Assembly (NCBI RefSeq): GCF_009914755.1
Contig: NC_060944.1
DNA from: the human T2T-CHM13v2.0 reference genome, Homo sapiens
Strand: one strand, 5' to 3'
DNA length: 64,000 nt
Positions within the stretch are counted from its first letter, which is position 1, and each line of letters starts with the position of its first letter. This document shows, piece after piece, positions 36,886-52,369 of this stretch. The position numbers and the translations under genes are program-made. The notes under the pieces are model-generated. The model did no database searches. It saw only the letters and a list, made by a program, of their open reading frames with translations, and was not told the origin of the DNA.

Positions 36886-38155
36886 CTTTTTATGTCTTTC
36901 TCGAATGCTCACAAAATCAAGGTGACATTTGCCCTCCTAGGTAGGAAGAGTGTGCTGTAGGCACTCAATTTAAAAACAGGAAGGAACTAAACATCTTTGA
37001 TTATGTTGACTCGTAGCCTATCTTTAGAAAAATATGTAGAGATTTTTTAAAAATTTAATGGATTTTTGAATTTAATAGATTTTTTATGAACAAGAGGTTT
37101 TATGGTTGGTTAAGTTTAGACCATAAACTTAGAAGTTTTCTGGTTGGTTATGTTGTAGTTAAACTTATTTCTTAACTTTGAGCCAGTAATGCATTATTGA
37201 GTAAATCCTAGCACCCGCCCCCCCCCCCCCCCCCATATCCAAAATATTGTTGGTGGAATGTACCCTTTGAAATTGCTTTAGGAATTAAGTTCAAGTCACA
37301 GTAATTTGAAATTTTACCCTGAATCAAATTACTGTATGTGTCAATATCATTCAGTTGACTTAGTGTATACTAAATCATTTGTAACTTTGCTGTTGTTATT
37401 TAAAACACTACCACTCTTCTCAATGGATATTTTTTTGGTTTCAAAAATGTCCTTTTTTTTTTTAATTAAACTTTGTTGTTTATGTTCATAAACATGTATT
37501 GGGTTTATTATTTTTAAATGAATTCATATGTATACTTTAAAAAGGTCTGCATTTTAATTTGTAATTTGATAAATATCAATATATGTAATTCAAATCAACA
37601 AAAGCTCTTTGGATCCTTCTGAGACCAAAAAGTTTAAAGTCTACCAGTCCAGGTAATGTGAGCAATTTGTCAAGTTCGTGCACTAAAGCCAGATTAATGG
37701 AATATTTATCCATATGCCATAATGAGAGTACTGAGTTTGGCTTCTGGAATGGCTTTAAGTGTCAATCGTGATTTTATTGCTTTTTCTCTAATTTTTAGCA
37801 TAACGTATCTGTTTCACAACATTGTTTGAATACAATTGGAATCACCACAGGAAAAGTGCTTTTAGGTTTTAGTTTAAAAATATGTCACGTAAATATCGCC
37901 CATGTGAAATTAGAGAATGACAGAACCATTAGTTTCATTTTTAGGATACATGTTATAATTTGTTCACTGTTAATAGGTTAACTACCTGGCAATAAATGTT
38001 TTTGAAATATTTGGAAACTTTCATTTCCATGCATTGATTTAACATCAAATTTTAACATTGAATTTTCAAGTCTAACAGAACCCAGACTCTAACTTTTAGC
38101 ATAAGCTCACAAGACTTACACATCTTTCAGCCTGTCATTCAAGGGAAAATATTGA

Positions 38156-38332
<177 letters not shown>

Positions 38333-39254
38333 TGAGGCCAGGGTCAGGTAAATTGGCCTCAGGGTAAATTGGCTTTGAGTGGATGGGCCAGTGTGTTCTT
38401 CAGATTGAAATCTTGCCACTAGTGGGGGGAAAGGGGGAAAATGTATGTTTTCTTTCACACAAGGGACGTGTCATCATTATCACGAAGACCAATCTTGCCA
38501 GCATGGAGTAAGCTGGTGCTGGGAGGGGCTCCCGATATGCTGACCACTTTCCAGGGCACAAGAGCCAGTGATTGGCAGACAGCCCAAAGGATGGAAAGAT
38601 GATTTCTGAACGTGGCCCTGCTTGCAGCAGGCAGTTTCAACTCTGATACAGTCAGCAGATTGCCTTGAAATAACAGGGCTTTGAGGGTCTTCAGCCCTCT
38701 CCACCTCCCGGCCTTTGTGACATGTGATGGGTCACCACTGTCTTCCTGTGAGGTCCCTTTTCATCAAATGCAAAACTGGGCTTCCTACGCTCAAGGGAAG
38801 CTCCAGCCTCTTTTGTCCCCATCTCCTGACAGCCCCAGGGGTGGCCATTCACCGCACATCTCATCTCCAAGCTGGAGACTGTGGACTGCTCCCTCCCCGG
38901 CCCCGAGACCTGCTTCCTTTTGGGGTGTTCCAGGTCCTTGGGCTTTCCCAGTCACCTTGCCTGCCCCTTGCCTTCTCCCTCCATCCTTCTCCATGGCCAG
39001 ATACGAGTAGAGCCTTTGCCTTCTGCCCACAGGGTCCTGTACCCACAGACCCAGGCAGCACTGAGCCCGCCATGGCTTGATGTGCTTCCCTGCTGCAGGC
39101 GAGTCCCCAGAACAAGAGTCCGCGAGGCTCCATCATCCCTCTCCCTCAGCAGAGGGCCTGACAGGCATCTGTGTGTTCCCTGGATTGGGCATTTTATTTT
39201 AGTTACTAGTGTTCCAGGTGGGTGTTTTTTTGATTTTTTTAATCCTGAAGTTTT

Positions 39255-40248
<994 letters not shown>

Positions 40249-40445
40249 TAGCCACCACGTTGATGTCTTCTGCCTGTGGCCCCAGGCTCTCATGGAGAGG
40301 CTGAGGGCTCCAGTTTTCCTCTCAGTGAAGCCTGAAGTCAGTGTGATCCCCTCTGAATTTCTGCCTTGCGCCCTGTGGGCTGCCTCCGCATGGGACCTTG
40401 GTGCCGTGCCTTTGATTCTGACTGATTTGTGATTGATTTTTTCAG

Positions 40446-40549
40446 CGTGTTTCCTTGACTCAATGGCTACCTTGGGCCTGGCAGCATACGGCTATGGAAT
40501 CCGCTATGAATTTGGGATTTTTAACCAGAAGATTGTCAATGGCTGGCAG
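40446..40549 (+). CDS. PYGB: PYGB exon 4
   Basis: acceptor ttttttcag|CG; (A)[34 protein letters not shown]; donor CAG|gtgggt. Confidence 0.96.
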
Positions 40550-42919
40550 GTGGGTGAGATTTCATTTCTTCACTGGTTTCCAGCTCTCGTTCACACAATA
40601 AAATGGCAGCACTTGCAGTTTGTCTTTTTATACTTCCCACGCCCCCGCCAGGGGACTGCAGGCCGGCCAGGGCAATGTGGAGCAGGTCAGGGTAGCATCC
40701 TTGCTCCGGCTTCTTGGTCCACATGGCCTGGGAGAGCCTGGGCCCTGTGTGAGCTTTTTGCCAGCTGCCTCTGCCTGGTGACAGGGAAGTTGGGGCGTGC
40801 AGGACACAGAATCCTGGGTGAGCCTTACAGCAGCTCCCAGACAGGGCCAGTAGCAGCCGGGCAGTGAGGGTCACTCTGGTGACCCTCTGCACCAAAATGC
40901 AGAGTGCAGGGTGGTACTTTCGGGGTCAGCCTCAGTGGGATGTTGGCCCTAAGTAGTTAGAAGAGCAGTTGTAGCTTTTGCTCCCACCTTCTCCCTTCAC
41001 TCCCTGACCCCAGTGAGGGGACAGTGTCCTTGGGGTTAGAGGCTGGACTCTGCATAGTACAGTGGCCCTTGGAAGGAGTGAGCCTCGATCTTGAAGCCTC
41101 ACACTACAGCTAAGTGAGATGGTTGAGACCATGGCCGGGAGGAGGGCGTGGTCTTAAAATGCAACCTCCTCCTCCCTGGCGAGCAGCTCCCTTCCCATGT
41201 GCCTCAGAATGAAAGTCACCACTATTCCATTCGGTTAGAAAATGGTTTATTTAATATCATTTGGGGCCTAAAAGTCACAAATAAAGCTGGTCTGGGATTA
41301 GAATCAAAAGATTTGTAGCATCAGAATGTACAACCCCAATGAATGTGTGCATGACGGGTAGTAGAGATATCCTTGGGGTGGGAGTGGCAAGGGGGGTTGG
41401 GCCTCAACGGCAGGTGCAGCCTCCAGGGCTCGTCCATGGCGTCTGTAAGACTCATGTATCTCACCATGGAGAAATTAACCCAAAACATAAACGCAAGGAG
41501 CTGCTGTCCATGACACGCACAGCGATGCGTTTAGTGGGAATGTGGACTCATATCTGCAGCTTGCTTTAAATGCACCCCAAAATCAATGGATTGGTGGACG
41601 GAGAAACAACAGACCATTTACAGCACCTAGGTGTGGGTGCATAATGTTTCTGCATGTTTGAAAACGCTCATAATAAAATGTTGGTAAAGAAAAGAAATGG
41701 CTAAAAGTAACCTAAAACGGACTCGGATCCATTGCTTGATTTGTGGAGATGCCCTCTGCAACCTTAGAAAGGCGCCTTTCTCCACTGCCTCCGGACAGCT
41801 CTGCCCCAGCCCTCCGCGTGCCTGAGCTCCAGGGCAGTCCAGTCCATGCACATGTTGATGCTCTGATTCATTCTGGCCCCCAGCAGTCCCCATGTCACGT
41901 GTGGGTTTATAAGGCAGAAGCTCAGAGGCTCCCCTTCGCCTAGCTGGTGTTAGGGTTTCCAGCAGGAAGGTATTGGTGGTGGTTTTTGTTTTACCAGGGA
42001 GACATTTTTCCTTCTGGTGGTCCTCGTTCCTGTAACTCTTGCAACTTTGTGTGATAGTTTAGGATGATCAGTAAGTGAAGCTCACCCCTCCTCCCATCCC
42101 CTTTTCATGGGAACTGTTCAGATTCAGTGGGTTTTTAGTTGGCTTTAGCCATGGAAGAAGTAAATACAGGCAGGGTTGGCCAGCAGCATGTGGCCAGAGG
42201 GGCCGCAGGCCAGCCTGCTTGGCACCCTGGCCAAGGGGGCAGGGAGGCCCTGCAAGGGAGACTCAGGCTGCCTTTGTATGTGGGAAGCTGTTGCTTCTGC
42301 CGACGACTCCTGGACTAACTCTGCAGATGGCCAGGCCCTGGTGTTGGGGAATCTCACAGCGGACAAGGAGACGCCACCAGAAGGGTCTTGCTGGGAGTAC
42401 CATGGGGAGGTGCCTGCTGTGCGGAGGGGCCTGCTGTGCGGAGGGGCCTCCGGAAGAGCACAGCCCAGACAGTCTTGCTCGTGACTCTTGGCGTCTGTGT
42501 AGGAACCATGAAGAGGAAATCCCTCAGTGTAGCATACTAGGGCTGCCTGTTCATTCTGAAGAGAAGAGACTTGATCTCATTTCAGTTTTAGTAATTGAGA
42601 CTTCAGAATCCGCCCTTGCTGCTGTACCAGATGGAGTTACTCTGTCACGTGGTGGTAAAGCAGCCCCCTAGTGCTTCTGTGCAAGGGTGGCTCGAATCTG
42701 CAGGGCCGCTTTTAGTGTGGGGGTTGGTTTCATGTAGTTACTCGTCTCTAGTGCCACTGGGCACAGATTCTGGGAATAAGCTTCTTCTTGGAAGCCCTCC
42801 CGGAACAGCTTGTCTTCCTGGGTGCATCCAGGGCGTCCTCACTGCCAGCTGCCAACTTGGCCCCAGCACTTGCGGATTTGCAGTGTCACTTTCTTTCTTT
42901 TTTAATTTTAATTTAATAA

Positions 42920-43132
<213 letters not shown>

Positions 43133-43654
43133 TAGAGAGTCGATTTCAGTATATTCAGAGTTGGATAACCGTCCCCACTGTCTATCTTGAGAACATTTTC
43201 ATCCCTCCAGAAAGAAGCCCTGCACCAATTTGCAGTCACACCCAGCCCCTGACAGCCTCTCACCCGCTTTCTGTCTCTGTGCAGGTGCTTGTTCTGAACA
43301 TTTTCCTGTAAATAGCCTCGTGTGATGCGTGGTATTTTTGTCTGTCCTCTTTCACTGAGTGTAGGTTTTTCAAGCTCCATCCAGATCGGAGCATGTGTCA
43401 GTCAGTGGTTCTTAGTGTCTTTCTTTTTGGGCACGTGTTTCTAAATTTTGAGTTTGTTACTTTAGTGTCCACTGTGTTCATTTTACCCACGTGGGCTTCG
43501 CCAGAAGTGGGAATCCCGACCTGGTAAGTGGCTGTAGGTAAATTTCAGTGCCAGGCACTGTGTGATCTCGACCGCACGGTCTGCTGGGTCCAGGACAGGG
43601 CGGTGGCCTGGGACATCTGCGCTGAGGGTGCCCTCACAGCTGGCTTCTTTCCAG

Positions 43655-43786
43655 GTAGAGGAGGCCGATGACTGGCTGCGCTACGGCAACCCCTGGGAGA
43701 AAGCGCGGCCTGAGTATATGCTTCCCGTGCACTTCTACGGACGCGTGGAGCACACCCCCGACGGCGTGAAGTGGCTGGACACACAG
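43655..43786 (+). CDS. PYGB: PYGB exon 5
   Basis: acceptor ttctttccag|GTA; [20 protein letters not shown]...WLDTQ; donor CAG|gtacct. Confidence 0.96.
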
Positions 43787-45708
43787 GTACCTGGGCTGAA
43801 ATGTCTGCGGGCAAGGCTGGAGCCAGGTGAGGGGGCTGCTGCGGCTCATTTGTAGACAGCTCAGCTTCTTTTGGCTTGGGGGGCTTGCTGCCTCCCTGGA
43901 GGACTTAAGGTAAAAGCCGGGGGAGGTTTATTCTCCTCACTCCCCAGTCTCTTACACTTTGATGGGAGCTTCCCAAACAGTGGAAGCGCTGAGCACAGCA
44001 GCGAGACTCCATGGGGGAAGCCCCGCTGGGCAGGAGCTGTGTGTTGGGGCTAAGAATGCAGCTGGGCGTCCACTCACAGCCAGATGCTCACGAGAACCCC
44101 GCTGCTTAAGGGCAGGCAGGAGGGTGTTCTGATGGGATGGGGGCACGGACCCCCAGGGTGGGCGAAAACAGCTCCCACTATCTCTGTGGAGCACACGACA
44201 AGCTCGCTTGGCCTCCTGGCGCCATACGTGGCCCATGGCTCTCAAAGCGTCAACTGTCAGAGCCCCTGGAGTGTGTGCGAGGCCTGGGTGACATCCGGGG
44301 ATGGGGCCAGGCCCTCCTGCCCAGCAGGGTGCTGATGGGGAATCAGGGCAAGAGCCTAGAGTGCTCGGCAGCGACGGGTGCCAGGCACGCAGAGGCCACG
44401 TGAGGGAGCACCCAGTCCAGGCTCCGGGCAGCTGTAAGCCGGGATGACTGGGGCAGGGCAGGGGCTGGCAGGAGAGGCTGCAGGAGAACGTGGGGGCATC
44501 GGTGAGACTCAGCCACCTGTGATGGAGAAGGATGGGCAATAACAGGAGAGCCTGGAGGCTGGGTGGTCACTGGTGTGCAGAGGGAGTTGTCTTGACTTTG
44601 TAGGACACAGTTTTAAATCAAATACATGGGCTTCGAGTGGCTGGGGCCATGCCATGGAGGCTGAAAATGCCCTGAAAAGTTGTATTTAACTTTCAAGAGC
44701 AGGGTAGGGGACCGGCGCTGTAGATGTGTTTGTGGATGAGCATGTCAGTGTGAGTGGGGATGCTGGAGAACCGGGACATTCCAGGCAGGCTGTGAAGATG
44801 GGCTTAGCCCCGAGGCCTGGCCAGGATGGAAGGGGCTAGAATGCCTTGGCGGGGACTTGTCGCTCACTTGGGTGTCGCCTTGTGGGGCAGGGGCAAGGGT
44901 TGACAGGAGAGAGGAAGGGAAAGGGATACTGGGGTTTTAGTCTTGGTGGCCCCGGTGCGCCGCCTGTGTGGCTGTCAGAGCTGACTGGCAGTGCCACAGG
45001 CACGTGTGTGCCGGGATGAACCCAGGCATCCCTGAGTGCGCCTGCCGGGGAGCTGGGACCACAGGTGAGCCTCAGCTTTGTGAGCCCCCTCCTGCCCTTG
45101 GTGGTAGCGGAGCTGATGTCTCTGGATGCAGGGGAACCTGGGGGCTTGTCAAGGAGAGAGGGAGCCAGGCTGGGGTGGAGGGAGCGCAGCTGGGCTTGTG
45201 CTGGGGGGCTGGGAACATGGAGGGTAGCAGGCAAGGCAGCTGCAGGAGCAACCTTCCCGCAGGTGGAGCTGAGAGAGGTGATCTGCGGGGCAAGCATCTG
45301 CGTGTTGGAGTTGCTAGAGCAGAGTTGACTGAGGAGGGGAGGCGCGGAGGGCAGAGGGTAAGGAGGGAGGTGGGGGTTGGTGCTGCAGCACCTCAGGGAG
45401 TCGGGATGGGGATGATTCTTCAGTCAAAGCCATTCCTGAGGAAGGTCAAGTGAGAAGATAGGTCTGGTCTGGGGAGGGTGGTGGGACGGGTGGTCCTCTC
45501 AGGATGACAATGTGGGCACCACAGGGGAGGGCGTGGACGGAGACTGTGGTGCCGAGCATGGGCTGGGTGGATGTGTTTGGGCAGAAGGGGGAGACGGTGG
45601 GGGGCCAGCAGGGCGCCAGGTGCCCAGGAGGAGGCTGGGCCGGGGAGAGGCACAGGGGCCGGCGGGGGCCCTTGCCACTCCGTCCTGAGCAACCCGTTTT
45701 GTGGCCAG

Positions 45709-45820
45709 GTGGTGCTGGCCATGCCCTACGACACCCCAGTGCCCGGCTACAAGAACAACACCGTCAACACCATGCGGCTGTGGTCCGCCAAGGCTCCCAA
45801 CGACTTCAAGCTGCAGGACT
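45709..45820 (+). CDS. PYGB: PYGB exon 6
   Basis: acceptor gtggccag|GTG; [37 protein letters not shown]; donor ACT|gtacgt. Confidence 0.95.
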
Positions 45821-46245
45821 GTACGTTCCGTGGTTCTTGGCACCCTTGTGTCCATGTGGGTGGCTGGTCCCAGACACCCTCGCCCACAACCTTTACCGCG
45901 CCCTGTGGCTCACTGTCCTGGAGGCCGCGCGGCCCTCCTCTAGGGTGTCCCTGCGTCCCAGTGAAGAGCGAGGCTGGTGCAGCTTACCTGTGTGTGGGGC
46001 CTGCCCGGGAAGGGCCTACAGGCAGAGCGACCAAGACACCTGGGCCCTGGGCACCCAGGGTCACCTTGTGCAGATCATGTGCCCCTGGGGAGGAGTGAGG
46101 GGGATGGAGTTGTGTGCGGTACATAGGGGAGCTGCAGGAGGGATCACGTTTACCTCCAGGGATGGGGGTGAGGGGAAGTAATGCAGCGGCTGGGGGAGTC
46201 CTGTGCTCGAGCGAGTTTCCTTGGCCTTTGCAAGTAGGCCCCTGA

Positions 46246-46572
<327 letters not shown>

Positions 46573-47230
46573 TAAAGCCCAAGCGGCTCTTCGTGTGCCT
46601 CTTGGCAGCTCTGTGGTCCTCTCTCCGAGGACACTCTCTGCCACCTTCCCCTCTTATCCACTCCCCTCATAAACACACAGCCGCTCCTTGGGGCCAGCTG
46701 GAGCCCGTCAGCCCTCCAGTCTGTGTGCTGTTCTAGCCTGCAGTGCCACTTCCCCAAGCAGGTGATCTGTCTGTCCAGGGGACCGTAGCGCCTACTTGGC
46801 ATTGATGCCTGGGGACATTTGAAAGGTCCTTGGCACATGCCCTTCCCATACTAGGTGATGGTGTCGCAGCCATGTTCCCCACTGCCACCTGCATTTAGTG
46901 CCCAGTGGCTTTCTTTTTGTTGTTGTTGCCTGACAAGTCCTTAGAAGATGCCCTAGTGGGCAGAGCATGTTTAAAAGTGAGCTTTTTGTTTTATGAAAGT
47001 AACCTGTGCACACAGGAGCAAAGGCCTGGGTGCCGGAAGGCTCATCAAAGAGTGCACTCCCCTGTCCCCATGAGACTGTTGGCAGACCCCAAGCCCCAGG
47101 TACAGAATGTTCCAGAAGGCCTGTGCTTGGACAGTGCAGCTCCTGAGCAGCGCTGGCACTGTACTTCTCCTGACGGATGGACACTGTGTCCCGGGGTGTG
47201 TCCCACAGGCGGGGTTACCTTCCTCAGTGA

Positions 47231-47614
<384 letters not shown>

Positions 47615-48151
47615 TGAGGTTGCTTTCTCATGTCCCAAAAGGGGCTAGAGTGGAATGGCACATGCCCCTTGTCTTGGGGTCTCGTCATTCTGGGCCAGGA
47701 TCCCACCTGGGCCCTCCCTTCCAGAACAAGGGCCACCGGCCTTGTTAGGAGTCAGGTCAGCAAGGGACATGGTGAAAGGCTCCTGTGCAAAGTCAGATGT
47801 GCTGGGCAGGCTAAATGGGGTTATTCCAAACAAAGCCCTATAGTTCCAGTGAGAGAGCCCCCAGCCCCGGTGGCCACGGCTCCTCCCCTCCGGCTGCAGC
47901 ACATACCCGCAGCAGAGCACACAGCTGTAGGGCACTCACCAGCAGGCACATCGGGCACAGCGCACACCTGCCACAGTGCGAGCCCGACTGTCCTCCCTGC
48001 TCCCTCCACAGAACCCCTCCCTGTTCTCCAGGCTTCTCGGGGGTGGGGTGGGCTGGGCTGGCTCCTTCACTTGGGGAGCTTCGTATGCCAACAACCGTGG
48101 GTGCCCACGTGGGATGAAATGACTGAATGGCACCCCTTGTGCGACCTTCAG

Positions 48152-48244
48152 GTGGCCATCCAGCTGAACGACACCCACCCCGCCCTCTCCATCCCTGAGC
48201 TCATGCGGATCCTGGTGGACGTGGAGAAGGTGGACTGGGACAAG
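48152..48244 (+). CDS. PYGB: PYGB exon 9
   Basis: acceptor ccttcag|GTG; [31 protein letters not shown]; donor AAG|gtgagc. Confidence 0.96.
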
Positions 48245-48673
48245 GTGAGCATGGAGGAAAAGGGCAGCACCTCCCCAGAGCCTGGAGCCCGTGCAGACCA
48301 GGGCTACAAGGAGCTGAGCTGGGGGGCCTCTTCCCTGGCCTTGGGAGAGCTGTGTGGTCATCATGCCCGGGAGAGACGCGAGCTGTGGGAGGGGTCTGGT
48401 TCCAGGAGACGGAGGTTCCGGGGGCCAGAGTATGGGGTCAGGGCGCGGGGGAGATGATAAGGATAGGGCTGTGACACTTCTCAGGGTTTCCCGTTGGTGC
48501 ATTCTCATCTTGAAATTTGGTGACAGCTCCCCAAAGCGTTAAGTGTTTAGAGGTCTGTGCTCTATTCATGCACCTGCCCTCGCGATTCAGTGTATTTTGG
48601 ACTTAAATATGTTTGTGTGGTAGGATTTTCTTAATCTAACCGTTACCAAATCAACATGTGGAACCATAAAACA

Positions 48674-48841
48674 GGCCAATGTGGTGACTCACACCCGTAA
48701 TCCTAGTGCTTCGGGAAGCCAAGGCAGGAGGGTTGCTTGAGGCCGGAAGTTAGAGACCAGCCTGGGCAATACAGCAAGACCCCACCTCTAAAAAAAAAGC
48801 CAGGTGTGGCAGCACACACCCAGAAAAATAAAACCAAAAGA
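48674..48841 (+). mobile_element. Old Alu left arm with mostly deleted right arm (intron 9)
   Basis: TSD aaccataaaac on both sides. Confidence 0.75.
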
Positions 48842-49360
48842 AACCATAAAACGATTTTTTTTAACTCCGTTTTGTAGAAACCCAAGCCCCTCTCTGGTCT
48901 TGGGGTGTGTGCACTCCAGGTGAGGCTGTACCTGTTGTGGGTACCCCAGTTCTGGCCAGCATAGGGCAGGTCTGTGTAGTAACCAGTGTCCTCCCCACCA
49001 TGTCTGGCCACTTTAGTGGAAATAAATAGAAAACTGCTCAATGGTCTGTCCGTTTACCAGTGACGGCAGAGTGTGAAGGTGACTCCAGGTAGCAGGCGAG
49101 TGTGTCTTATTTGTGTGTGTGTCACGCACTGGACCATAATGTCACACTTCAGTGGGTTGCGTCAGCAGAGTGAGGGCTCTGGGCTGCGTGTCAGGCTTTC
49201 AGAGGGCTCCAGATCCACCTTGGAGAGCAGAGGGGACGGTGGCCCTTCCTGGGGTACCCAGCATCTGCCTGGGATCCTGGACGCTCACCCTGCCTAGGCA
49301 ACTGGCCAGAGAGCTGCTTGTTTCTAAACAAACACATGGGAACATTCTCTAATGGCCTAG

Positions 49361-49507
49361 GCCTGGGAAATCACGAAGAAGACCTGTGCGTACACCAACC
49401 ACACTGTGCTGCCTGAGGCCTTGGAGCGCTGGCCCGTGTCCATGTTTGAGAAGCTGCTGCCGCGGCACCTGGAGATAATCTATGCCATCAACCAGCGGCA
49501 CCTGGAC
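49361..49507 (+). CDS. PYGB: PYGB exon 10
   Basis: acceptor ggcctag|GCC; [25 protein letters not shown]...QRHLD; donor GAC|gtgagt. Confidence 0.95.
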
Positions 49508-50043
49508 GTGAGTGTGGGCCCAGCTGGCCGTGTAGGGTGGCGGCTACACCCATGCCAACGGCCCCCCACCTGGCCTGGGAGAGGAGGTGCTTTGCTCCTT
49601 GAACGAGGCACCCTCTGTTCAGCAGAGGATGCTTGGGGCTGGGGGCTGTCCCTTGGCAGAGCTATTGGCTGATCCCCACGCCTGGCCCACAGCCTCAGGT
49701 TCCTCTTTGTAAATTAAATTGCACGTCCTCTCCCTCAGACCCATCTTCCTCAGACAGCAGCCCTGTGGGTCCCTGGGCCGGGCTGGGCCCTTTCCTGGGC
49801 TGGGGAGTTGGGTGAGCGAGAGCCTCCTCCTCAAGCTGGGCCTGGGCTCTTGTGAGATGCCTTGGAGGTGCCTGCTGGGTCTGGGAGCACTTGAGGGAGG
49901 TCTGGCTGTCACAGCCCCAGAACTTCCCTGGAGGCAGCAGAGCTTCCCATGGGTGGTCATGGAGTGTCCCCTGGTCATGGGGAGTGCTGGGTCTCCGTGG
50001 GGCCTCCTGTGCCCACCCACCTGCCTCTGTGTTTTGGCACCAG

Positions 50044-50207
50044 CACGTGGCCGCGCTGTTTCCCGGCGATGTGGACCGCCTGCGCAGGATGTCTGTGATC
50101 GAGGAGGGGGACTGCAAGCGGATCAACATGGCCCACCTGTGTGTGATTGGGTCCCATGCTGTCAATGGTGTGGCGAGGATCCACTCGGAGATCGTGAAAC
50201 AGTCGGT
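50044..50207 (+). CDS. PYGB: PYGB exon 11
   Basis: acceptor ggcaccag|CAC; [17 protein letters not shown]...[14 protein letters not shown](V); donor GGT|gtgagt. Confidence 0.95.
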
Positions 50208-51124
50208 GTGAGTGGGGCGCTTGCCCGAGCGGGGCCAGCTCTATCTGACACCCAGGCCTGCGTCTAGGACCATCCACCAAACACATGGACCCAGCTATAT
50301 AGCATACAACCTGTGCCACTAGGCCCCTGCCTCCATAGGAATGACAGAGCTGCCCAGAACACCCTGTCAGGGTCACGCCTTGTTGTGCGTTCACCGACCA
50401 GCACACGGGGGCCTCTGGAGGGCTCTGGCTCTGCGGGCAACGGGGAGACGGCTTTGTCTCCTGTTGCTCTCCTGCGCCCCTGCCTTCCTGGGGGTCCAGT
50501 CGGAGGCTCTGCACCACTGGTCCACCTGCCGCTGGCAGGGCTTGGACAGGGCTTGAAGGTGGGATTCTTAGGTCAGATCTTGTTCTTGCCCCTCTTAGGT
50601 GGGGCGTGATCTAGGAATTACTCCCACTCTTTCACGTAGCATGTGCTGAGCACCTACTGTGAGTACTGAGCAGGCAGCAGCCGGCGGGAGCGGAGGCTGT
50701 GCCCGGGGCTGGGCTGCAGGCTCTGTGCGTGGCGCCCGCAGCAAGCTTCATGTCGGGCCCCTCCCCAGTAGCTATGAGGAAACCGAGCGCAGCTTCTCAA
50801 GCCCTGAAGTCCTGCGGTCTCGGCTGTCATGACTTGGACACCTGTTTCCGCACGCACCGCTTTGGAGAATGGCCAGGCTCTAATGCCTGCAAGGTTGTGG
50901 TTGGGCAAACCGCACAGCCAGCCACAGATGCCCCGGGGTGCAGGTGCTGCCTTCGTATGGCTCCCAGAGCCTGCAGCTGCCGCGGTCACTCTGTTCTTAG
51001 AAAACAGAACAGAACCACTGAGCTTGAGGGCTCCTGGGACCTCCTTAAAAGGACTTTAAGGTCTGTTGCTCACCTGGTGCAGGGCACAGCATTTGTGACA
51101 GTTCCCTGTTCTCTGTGTTTGCAG

Positions 51125-51239
51125 CTTTAAGGATTTTTATGAACTGGAGCCAGAGAAGTTCCAGAATAAGACCAATGGCATCACCCCCCGCCGGTGGCTG
51201 CTGCTGTGCAACCCGGGGCTGGCCGATACCATCGTGGAG
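51125..51239 (+). CDS. PYGB: PYGB exon 12
   Basis: acceptor tgtttgcag|C; [38 protein letters not shown]; donor GAG|gtgagc. Confidence 0.96.
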
Positions 51240-52267
51240 GTGAGCCCCGGGCCCCACCCGTGCCTGTGGAGATGCCTGGGCTGAGAACCGCGGGCCATGT
51301 CATCAGCCCCTGCTGAGCGGTTGCTGAGTAGGCAGGAGTCTGTCCCTCACGTGTTGACCTGCAGGCTTCTGGACATGAGGGCTGAGCCCCTGAACATGGG
51401 CGCTGAGCTGGGCAGTCACCCATTGGGCCTGGCGGGTCCTGTGTGCGAGTTCAGAAGCCGAGCTTTAGGGAGGGCTGGGGTGTGGCTGAGTGCAGCCACG
51501 GGGCCACTGCAAAAGAGGCAAGAGGCAGCTGACTGCCAGCTAGGCTGGGCACCTATTTCCTGTTTGTATGTTGGCTCCTATGCAAGCTCCCCGAGGAAAT
51601 GAGTGCTGAGGTGTCAGGCCCTGCGCTACAGGCAAGGACCAGCCGCTGGGAGGGTGGGACCGCCCACCTGGGGCTATGGTCAGGGAAGCCTTCCCAGGAA
51701 AGCTGAGGTCTGAAGAGGGAATGAAGAGAGAGGGAGCAGTGCTCTGGGGCAAACTGGTTCAATGCCCTGTGCTGGGGGACGGGCCCCTGGGACCTGGAAA
51801 GCAGCGTGGCTCCTGTGCAGTCTGAGATGGGCCTGGGTACAGTGAGGAGAGGTGGCCGAGTGTTTGCAGGCAGCACCTGGGTGAGGTGCTGGCTTTGAGG
51901 GGACCGCCTGCTGCAGGCAGGGAAGGTGCTGGTGGAGGGCAGCGGGAGGATGGCTTTGGGTTTTGGGTGGTGATGGGATGTTCAATGTCAGAGAACCCTG
52001 GGATCGGTGGCTGAGGGAGGGTCGTGTGTTTCCTGTGGACGTTTGAACTGGTGGGACTGGGCCATCTCGCAGAGCCCTCTCAGAAGAGGAAGGAGGGGCT
52101 GCTAGGGTAACCCTGTGGCCTGAGAGGTGGGATGCCCGGAGGGGCCGGACAAGCAGATCCCAGGGGAAAGCAGGGGCGTGGGCAACAATGGGAGGAGGGC
52201 AGGTGGCTAGGGGGCCCAGCCTCAGGAGGCTGAGGCCCACAGTGAGCGGAACCTTTACGTTCTCCAG

Positions 52268-52369
52268 AAAATTGGGGAGGAGTTCCTGACTGACCTGAGC
52301 CAGCTGAAGAAGCTGCTGCCGCTGGTCAGTGACGAGGTGTTCATCAGGGACGTGGCCAAGGTCAAACAG
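52268..52369 (+). CDS. PYGB: PYGB exon 13
   Basis: acceptor tttctccag|AAA; [34 protein letters not shown]; donor CAG|gtaggc. Confidence 0.96.

Noticed and set aside
43651-43660. AG|GT juxtaposition at the starts of exons 5, 6, 9 and 18 as recursive splice sites
   Set aside because: The GT comes from coding constraint, the regenerated donors are mostly weak, and the introns are short.
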